NCBI RefSeq assembly: GCF_001194135.2
Contig: NC_068993.1
Span: forward strand, 4,062,843-4,126,842
From: Octopus bimaculoides
Taxonomy: Eukaryota
DNA: 64,000 nucleotides
Direction: 5' to 3'
Part shown: positions 55,240 to 64,000 of the stretch, one piece after another
Numbering within the stretch: position 1 is the first letter of the stretch
Layout: every line of letters starts with the position of its first letter
Made by a program: the position numbers and the translations under genes
The notes under the pieces: model-generated
What the model saw: only the letters and a program-made list of their open reading frames with translations
Databases searched by the model: none
What the model was told of the DNA's origin: nothing

Positions 55240-56434
55240 GTAAGTAAAAAATGAAAATAAGGATAAACATCCTTGTTTTTAATTTTAACCATCCTATAAC
55301 CGAAATTACATTAATCAATCCATGCCGATATTTCTTTTACTAAAGATACATATCAGATATTTCTTTTACTAAAGATACATATCAGTTTATTTGAAACCTC
55401 ACAGAATAGATCTGCATTTATACACATTTAAGCTGTCGTAATATAAAGAAAAAAACTAAAATTAGATATTGTAATGCTCATGCAGTTTTCGTCTTGAACG
55501 TGGTGTCGTTGTTGTTGTTGTTGTTGCTGTTTAGCATGTGAGCTCTAAATGAGCAGAAGCATGGTCATAAGTATCCCAGCCTTGACAATTCTGTATTCCC
55601 TACGTGAAACAAACGCAGAATCTTGTTATCCAATGGTTTTGTAAGGTTTTACGGTAAGGCTTAAGAGAAATTTAGCTGCTATTTCAAGCAAAATCTCCCT
55701 CTTAATCTTAGCTAGGGTTAAGACCTTCAGAAAGGTAATTTTTCTCTTTAAGGTATATTCTTTTCCTCTTTCGTAGATCACAAATATTAAGACCGCACAA
55801 ACACACAGGTTTCATGCTGTATCAATAAAATGCTGATTTATAACAAATTTTCGAAGTGGTCACAATCGATTTTTATCATTGACACTGAGCGTTGCTTCTT
55901 TTTGTTTTTGACTCTAGGATGAAAATGAGAGTCAGTTCCGTCAAAATTTGAACGCAAAAATACCAGACTAAATACTAAATATTACATTCTTTTTTGTCCA
56001 GATTTCTTGCAATTTAACGTTTTATTGCATCCTATGTTTGTTGACATGTGTAACCACACCATCAATAATAACGGCAAGTATGTTTATCTTGCTTAAATGC
56101 ATTGAAACTAATAAAATAAAGAGAACGTATAAACTCTGTCAAATTTTAAACGCTGATATTTAAATGCTGTAATAAACTTTGCGTTGAATAATCTTGAAAA
56201 GAAAAACATTTTTTAGTTAAATATTGGCTTTAGTACTTCACAGGTCGAATATTTAACCAACTGCAGAGAAATACTAAGCAGACAGATTCCTTGCATGTTT
56301 TATTTATTTAATGATTTCTTTTATTATTGTGTTTTTTGTGAAAAATTTGTTTTTGAAAATATTTCTGTCGCTGTAAATATCTTTTTTTTTAAAATTCATT
56401 ATCGAAATATCTTTATTTCTAGTTCTATTAAGTG

Positions 56435-56475
<41 letters not shown>

Positions 56476-57066
56476 TGTGTGTGTGTGTGTGTGTAACTCT
56501 GTGTATGTGTGTCTCCATGCGTGTGTGTGCATGTGTAAGTGTGCACATATATACTAGTAACCATGGCAGATAAATTCAATAAGATTCAAGTTATCTGGCT
56601 TTGCATGCCAGGCAGTATTTAAATATACAACGGCCTGTATTATATACACGTATATATTAAGGGATTTAGTCGCTTCTTATGACATCTGCTTTTCATTAAA
56701 TGTACAGTCACAAATGTGATCACAGAGTCACGCATCAGATTGAATACACTGGTGTATCTAATTCATTATACCATTGACCAAGAGAGTTCAGGTTTTCCTT
56801 TCATTCATTATAAGAGTCATTATTTTTCTCACCACATCACCTCAGCTCAGTTAATGACCGGACATTCCGCCTGGTTGATTATTTCATTTTTTTCCAGTAA
56901 ATCTTTCGATTCAGAGTCATTGAGTGCATTAAACCTCATATGTTGTCCAATTAGATTCTTCCATCTGGCCGTGGGTACCTTTAAGTAAGCATCTGAGCCA
57001 GGTTACCTATCAGAGGAGGACCTCCTGGAGTCCCTAAAAATGTCCACAGGCACGTATTTTTCTTAA

Positions 57067-57239
57067 CCCTTTAGCATCTGATCCAGCTGTATCAATCCCA
57101 AATATTCTACCTATTTTAGATTCAAACTGACCAGATCCAGCCTCTCATACCTACCCTACAATGTTATTCTAAAAATAACAATCACATCGTCGAAATCTCC
57201 AAGCTAGGAGATAATGCCTGATTAATTCAAAACAATGGG
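57067..57239. mobile_element. piggyBac-like MITE with TTAA target-site duplication
   Basis: TTAA(57063-66)|CCCTTTAGCAT...AATGGG|TTAA(57240-43). The right TIR is reduced to GGG. Confidence 0.55.
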
Positions 57240-58235
57240 TTAACGAAAATAATCATCTGACCTTAACTTTCTTTGAGTACAAAGTTGCTATCAGTGTTTG
57301 ATCCTTTCACCTCCGAGTATAAAGTATGGCAATGTCCTGCTCGTCTAATCACTTAATAAAGTGAAGTCAAATGCGTTAGCTTAATTGAATTCTAATTATT
57401 ATTTTGGTAGTATTTGTGTGCATATCTGATATGGACATGTGTATGTATGCTTGTCAGCTTGTGTGTGTTGCTGTATATATGTGTGAGCTGTTTATTCAGT
57501 TTTTTTTTATGTTGTCGTACATGCATGTGTTGTTTATTTAGTATGTGAATGTATATTCTTGTATGTGTGCGTTTTGTTTGTTATTACTTTTTTCTAATAT
57601 TTTTATTTGTGCTTTGTTGAATTTATTTTGAAACTTGATTGAAAAACCAACTCTCAAACCAAAAGAAAAAAAAAACGAAAAAAAAAAAGCTTAAAGAAAA
57701 GAGGAAAGAGACGAGGGAGAAATCAGAGTATAAATAGCTACTGAAGTAGATACAAAGAAATCCTCTGCAGGTTTTTACGTGTGAGGAAACAACCTGTGAT
57801 TAAATCCTTCCTCATTGAACAGCTTCCAATCTGTTGGTTCCAAAATAGTTAATTTCTGAAGTGAATAGATTCTTGTTGATTCCACATCTCCTCCTCTGCT
57901 ACCGTGCATTTTATACACACTCTTTCATCTAGAAGCAATTCTCTTGTGTTTCCATTAGCATACTCTCAATTAATTTAGAGTTAACATCTGATGAAGATTG
58001 AGTTTTAGAAAGTTTAAATTATTTTTTCTGCGTGAGTCTCTGTCTGATGTAACTTTTAGTTTGTTTTTTTTAAAAAACTTTTATTCTTGAATTCTTTTAT
58101 TTCATCTAATTTTATAGTAATGTTTTTTAATTGCTTTTCTTTCGTTTTCTTTCTTGTGTGTATATATGTGTGCGTGTGTATACAACATACAAACACCTAC
58201 ATATATACATATATATATACATATATGTATGTAGG

Positions 58236-58266
<31 letters not shown>

Positions 58267-59017
58267 ATATATATATATATATATACATATATATTTCTGT
58301 ATATATGCACATATATATATATATATATGTATGTATATATATACATATATATTTATGTATGTATTTATGTATGTATATTTGTTTGTATGTGTATGTATGA
58401 TATTATATTTGGAAGGTGATGGAGTTTGAAGGAACAATATTACAGTGAAAATAAACATATCTTTTAAAGTTCATCAACTTAATTCTTTCGCAGTAAAGAT
58501 TTTGTTTTGTTTTTGTTAGTCTTGCTTTTATATTTAATTTAATTTTTTTTATTGTTTAACTTGTTTATGTTTCCACTTTGGTATTCGATATCCTGGTAGT
58601 TATTGCTCTTAAAATCAGGAATCTTCAAATAAAATAGGGCTACTCAATTGCTGAGGCAATAATTACCAGATGCTTAATAGAAATACCAGAGACTGTAGAT
58701 TTTCATTAGATAGATCACAGTATGTAGCAGTCGTTTAAATACAACATTGTATATATTCACTCAGTAGAATATATTGTGTATATAACACACCGTGATCTAT
58801 AGATGTGGATGAGATAAAGCTCAATGTGTGGATGTTAATTAAATAGATCATAGTGTATAGACGTTAACTAGACAGACCAAATTGTATGCATGCTACGAGT
58901 ATAAACCACAGTGTTTAGAAATTGACTAAAGACTCTTAACTTCAATGACCCGAATTTTACAACTCAATTCTTCTTATTGTTTTTTTTAATCATCGTTCTT
59001 TCTTTTATATTGTTGTT

Positions 59018-59111
59018 ATTCTTCTTCTTCTTCTTCTTCTTCTTCTTCTTCTTCTTCTTCTTCTTCTTCTTCTTCTTCTTCTTCTTCTTCTTCTTCTTCT
59101 TCTTCTTCTTC

Positions 59112-59159
<48 letters not shown>

Positions 59160-59174
59160 CATTATTATTATTAC
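59018..59174. repeat. Compound (TTC)n-(TTA)n microsatellite
   Basis: Directly visible. Abuts the SINE head at 59177. Confidence 0.95.
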
Positions 59175-59176
59175 TG

Positions 59177-59393
59177 AGGCGGTGAGCTGGCAGAGTGGTT
59201 AGCGCGCCGGGTGAAATACTTATCAGTATTTCGTCTGCCACTACGCTCTGACTTCAAATTCCACCGAGGTCGACTTTGCTTTCCATCCTTTCGGGTTCGA
59301 TAAATTAAGTACCAGTGAAGCACTGGGGTCGATGTAATCGATTAGGTCCCACCCCCAAAATTTCAAGGCTTTGTGTCTTCAGTAGAAAGGATT
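59177..59393 (+). mobile_element. SINE family A, full length
   Basis: AGGCGGTGAGCTGGCAGAGTGGTTAGCGCGCCGGG...TTCAAATTCCACCGAGGTCGACTTTGC...GTAGAAAGGATT, then an (ATC)n/(ATT)n tail. Confidence 0.9.
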
Positions 59394-59460
59394 ACTATCA
59401 TCATCATCATCATCATCATCATTATTATTATTATTATTATTATCATTATTATTATTATTA

Positions 59461-59590
59461 AGGCAGTGAGCTGGCAGAATCGTTAGCACACCGGGCGAAA
59501 TGCTTAGCGGTATTTCACCTGTCTCTACGTTCTGAGTTCAAATTCCGCCGAGGTCGACTTTGCTTTTCATCCTTTCGGTGTTTATAAATT
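59461..59590 (+). mobile_element. SINE family A, 3'-truncated
   Basis: AGGCAGTGAGCTGGCAGAATCGTTAGCACACCGGGCGAAATGCTTAGCGG...GAGTTCAAATTCCGCCGAGGTCGAC. Confidence 0.9.
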
Positions 59591-60416
59591 GCTCAATTAA
59601 TGCATAGGTAGTCAACAACTGACGCCTTTCGTTCTGTTCCCCGCTCTTCGTGCCTCTATTTTGCTTCCTGCAAATTTGGACTGTCCCCTCTTAACCTCCT
59701 TTCTTCTTCATCCTTCACATCACCCTTTTGTTACTCACATGACTTCTCGACCGACTCGCCCACTAACCTTATTCTCTCCCATCTCTTATCTATTAAACTC
59801 TCCCCAGAACCAAGTCTTTCCCTCTATATTTCTTTAGTATTCTCTCCTCTCCCTACTCCCACTAACAGTTTCTACATCTCCTCTGCTTCTTTGTCCTCAC
59901 CCAACTCTCCTCTTTTCTTCTTCCAACCGATATTCCTCCCGCTTTTGTGGTAACCAAACTGGTCGTCACCCTCCTTACACATACCATTCCTTTGACCACT
60001 GCGAGTCCACGCATATGAAGTATGGCCCTGTGCAGTCTGTGCACCCGGCATGTCTCAACACCACATCACTGCTCCTCTTCCTACTTCTTCCTCGTCTTTT
60101 TCTTATCATTCAATTGTAACCCCCTTCTGGTATTATTCTGCATTTTCTCATCTTCTTTCTCTTGCATCAACGCCTTCCTTTCAACATGAACTTTGCTTCG
60201 CCTTTCCTTAACGAAATCTATCGATTACGTCTGCAAGTGTAATCAACCTCCTCCGTAGAAACTAGAGTTGAAACATCTGGCCACGTTTTATGAAAAAACC
60301 CCACTAAACTGAAAAAATTCAGTTTCTAACGCTGAATAATGTTCTTACGGATCATTACGATTATCCGATCAGCGTCTATTTCCTCTGTCTGTCTGTATGT
60401 CTCTCTCTCACCCTCT

Positions 60417-60472
<56 letters not shown>

Positions 60473-61391
60473 CTCATGCTCTCAATTACTTTTCCCTATT
60501 TATCTGCATATATACGCAAGCATGTTTGAATTTATGTATTTATATATATGTAACTATGTTTGTATGCGTGTGTTTATATATACATATATATGAATATATG
60601 CATGTATTTATATACATGTGTATGTATACGTATGTATTTAGGTGTATATGCTTGTTTATAAAATATAAATACACATGCACTGTACAAACATCACTCTCTT
60701 ACTTTCTTTTGATAAGCATATACATACATATATGTATGCATGTATGTATGTATGTATGTATGTATGTATGTACGTACGTATGTATGCACGTATGTATGTA
60801 TTTATGTGTGTATGTACAAATATTTCAACCACTCACAGCATACAAACAGCCAAAATCTAATTAGTACACTCCCCATTTCTACTACAATTTTCCACCGAAA
60901 AGGAAAAGACGACCAAACCAGAAAGTTGAACTCAAATTACTTCAGCGGTCTCTGGAGAGTTTTAGTGATAAAATTCTAATAAAATTTGACGACAAACTGC
61001 CAGACAGAGTCAGGTGTGTAAGCAATAAACAGTGATATAAACAACAGAATCCTACTTCGTATTAGTATTAAACTAGCTCTGCAGGGTCTAAAAATCACCG
61101 ATAAAACTGTAATATGTTATAGTGATAAGCACAGTCTGTTTGTTATTGAGTACAAATACGTATTCACTAGAAAACTCAACGGTATTCTATATGCTAATTG
61201 TATAGTGTTCAAAAGTGGGGAATGACAAACAATGCTATAGGGTTATAAATTATACTTAATAAGTTAATTACTACTAAGAGCGTACAAATAAGATCTATTT
61301 ATTTTCAATGTATATATATAGGCGAGTTTAAGCCTGTGTACATATATTGTACCGTTAATCTTCAAAAACAAAATAACTCTCTTCAACCTAG

Positions 61392-61473
61392 AAACGCCCG
61401 GGTGAATAGTTCTGCTCATAGAATCGCTGACAGCCCGTCAACCCTCATAAATAATAGACACCAAAGAGAGATG
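61392..61473 (+). CDS. Candidate internal exon, phase 2-0, NARVNSSAHRIADSPSTLINNRHQREM
   Basis: Acceptor AACTCTCTTCAACCTAG, donor ATG|GTATGC, single open frame. Confidence 0.3.
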
Positions 61474-61789
61474 GTATGCTCACAGCCGACATATTCCTAA
61501 AGAATGTGCTAGAATCTGAAAAAATTTGCATCATTTCCATCACAGTTGTACAACACCACTTCAGCCATGTTCCTGATATGAAATCTATTTGGCAAGGTGG
61601 ATATGAACCTTGCAATGAAAGTTTGAGTCTATGCTAAGAAAATTTCTTACAATTATTTTGTTGGCCTGCACAATGGATGTTGCTTTTTGTTACTCACAAA
61701 TCGATTCAAAAGAAGCTGGAAGATGTCATGGTGATGAATTCTCTTGTTCGATATTTGTGGCACTTTACATCTTTTATCTTATATTTGTT

Positions 61790-62160
61790 TCTGTCATAAA
61801 ACCGCGGCCATGCTGAGGCACCACCTTGAAGAATGAATTGATCACAGTAATACAGCTTTTAAAAGCCTGGTACTTATTCTGTCACACTCTTATGCCGAGC
61901 CGCTAAGTTACGAGACGTAAGCACAACAGCACCGGTTGTCAAACGGTGGTGGTGGTGGACAAACATGCACGCATGCACACACACACATATATGTATACGT
62001 CGGGCTTCTTCCAGTTTCTCTCTATCAAATCTACCCACGGGGTTTTCGTCTTTCCGAGGTTATAGTAAAAGACACTTACCCAAGGTGCCGCACATTAGAA
62101 CTGAACCCGGAACCATCGCGGTTGGGAAGCAAGCTTTTTACAACCAATCCACACCTGCAT
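61790..62160 (-). mobile_element. SINE family B, near full length (both halves plus internal CA/TA tract)
   Basis: GCGGCCATGCTG...CCGAGCCGCTAAGTTACG...GGTTGTCAA (3' half) and GTCGGGCTTC...GACACTTACCCAAGGTGCCGCAC...CTGAACCCGGAACC...CACACCTGC (5' half), both reverse-complemented. Confidence 0.85.
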
Positions 62161-63288
62161 GGCTAACGCTGAAAACAATGTTATGTATAAATTCAACCAC
62201 ACCATAAATACCATTTACGAAAACAACCGCGATGGATATGAAAGATTTAAAGTAGATTTCAAAAATAATTTCGTTCTCAGATTTAGCATTCAACTTGTCC
62301 CAATATAAATTCCATCCACAACTCGGCCACATTTTCACATATAAACTTAAGTGTAAAGAACATCTCATGCAAAAACTCATTACATCTGAGAAACACTAAC
62401 AAATACCTATATAAAAGAGAGGATACTCAGTGCTCTATACGTATTTAATGTCTTGTAGAAGCAAAAGGCAAAAACGTAAGGACACTCTTATCTCGAGACA
62501 AAATCGGAACATTGTATCCAGCAGCACTCGCTGGTCGTACCACATGTGTACACAGCCCCAACCTCTGGCCAGAAACTACTCTCCCTCGGAATTCTGTTCT
62601 ACACGTCTATTGCTGAAGAGGCTATTCAAAATCCATGCTTCTCGACATGACGACACTTCACCTCGCTTCCGGTCCCGACGTCTCCCTTCACTCCTCTGTA
62701 TATCTATACTCGAATTACTTCTGTAATGAGTTTTAAAGCTTCATCTACTAAAGAAACTTTACATAAAGCAGTCTTAAAACTTTAACAAGCATTAATTCAT
62801 AACAGATTCACGAATACATTGATACAATGCATTTATCAATTCAGCCACATATATATCACATGTACTAAACCACACATACTCTCTAGTACATACGATAAAA
62901 GAACTCTACTTATACAGAACAGAGGAATTCGAATTTATGTAATTATGAAGTGAATTTCTAAACTACTTAGTCGTATCTGCACTTGAATATTTAAATAATG
63001 AACCAGAATCATGTTTTAAAATTATATAATTTCTCAAACATAATCAAACATAGGAATAGATGTTTAATGCATTGGTGATCTTTACTTTGACAGACTGGCA
63101 GAAGTAATATTGTTCATTACATTTAGAATATTTATGATATAGAATATAACAGGAGGTAGTTACCTTTACAACATTACAAGCATCTATAACCTCTCTAACA
63201 ATTTACTTGGTGTAAGAGTTGACTGTTTCACCTGTATGTGTGTATAGATTTATATATCTATATCTATATATGTGCGTGTGTGTGAACA

Positions 63289-63404
<116 letters not shown>

Positions 63405-64000
63405 TATGTATATATATATATATGTATGTATTTATATATATATGTGTGTATGTATACACACACACACACATATATATATATGATCTCAGAAGCTAAAATG
63501 GTGCATTAACATAACTACTGCTGTAAGGAAAGATTTCATTCATGATAGTATTGTTAATAGTTTTAATAAGATATATACATGCAATCATGCGGACATACTT
63601 AGCTATATACATGACATATCAATAGTTTTGTGCTAAAATGAGTAAAAATAATTAAGCTCTGCAATATACTCTTGAGTTGAAATACGTCATTTTTTGCTGC
63701 ATGTATATTCTAAATTCATTCATAAACACAGAAATGTTGCTCAGAGGAATAAGTATGAGGGTAACTAATTTCAAACTTAGTACTAAAAGATGTAAATCCT
63801 GTCTCACTGAAGAAAGTCAAATGTATCTCTTTTACCCCCAACATATACACAAAAATCAACGTAAGATGAAACGTTCGCAAACAATAGTGGGAAAAAAAGC
63901 AGATGATTATGTCCATGGGGTTGCTTGCTTGCTTGCTTTGACAGAAATAATAGCCAAATATTACTCGAATCCTCATTTATCATCTTAGAAATGAACAATA

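Noticed and set aside
56990-57045. Minus-strand GTPGGPPLIGNL resembling the cytochrome P450 proline-rich motif
   Set aside because: There is a stop five codons later, no upstream membrane anchor and no other P450 exons.
61731-61816. Box C (GTGATGA) and box D (CTGA) at snoRNA-like spacing
   Set aside because: The CTGA lies inside a SINE 3' end, and there is no convincing terminal stem or rRNA antisense element.

Overview
AT-rich eukaryotic DNA saturated with microsatellites, with nine N-gaps, most abutting simple repeats. The tRNA-derived SINE families and repeat landscape point to an octopus (coleoid cephalopod) genome; this is inference. The window is mostly intronic or intergenic. No complete gene is visible, and almost all ORF-track entries are microsatellite artefacts. 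Supported content: more than a dozen SINE copies from three families; three decayed R4/Dong-like (RLE-type) LINE fragments; RTE and probable Tx1-like LINE remnants; a TTAA-flanked piggyBac-like MITE; a pogo/Tigger-like terminus; a DINE-1/HINE-like element; one convincing internal coding exon (55143-55239, +) of an unidentified gene; and several weaker exon candidates. The standout is a complete type I hammerhead ribozyme fold at 29789-29845 (+). It sits in what looks like a Penelope-like element end (endonuclease C-terminal remnant, splice signals, short putative intron), directly behind a strong 3' splice site.
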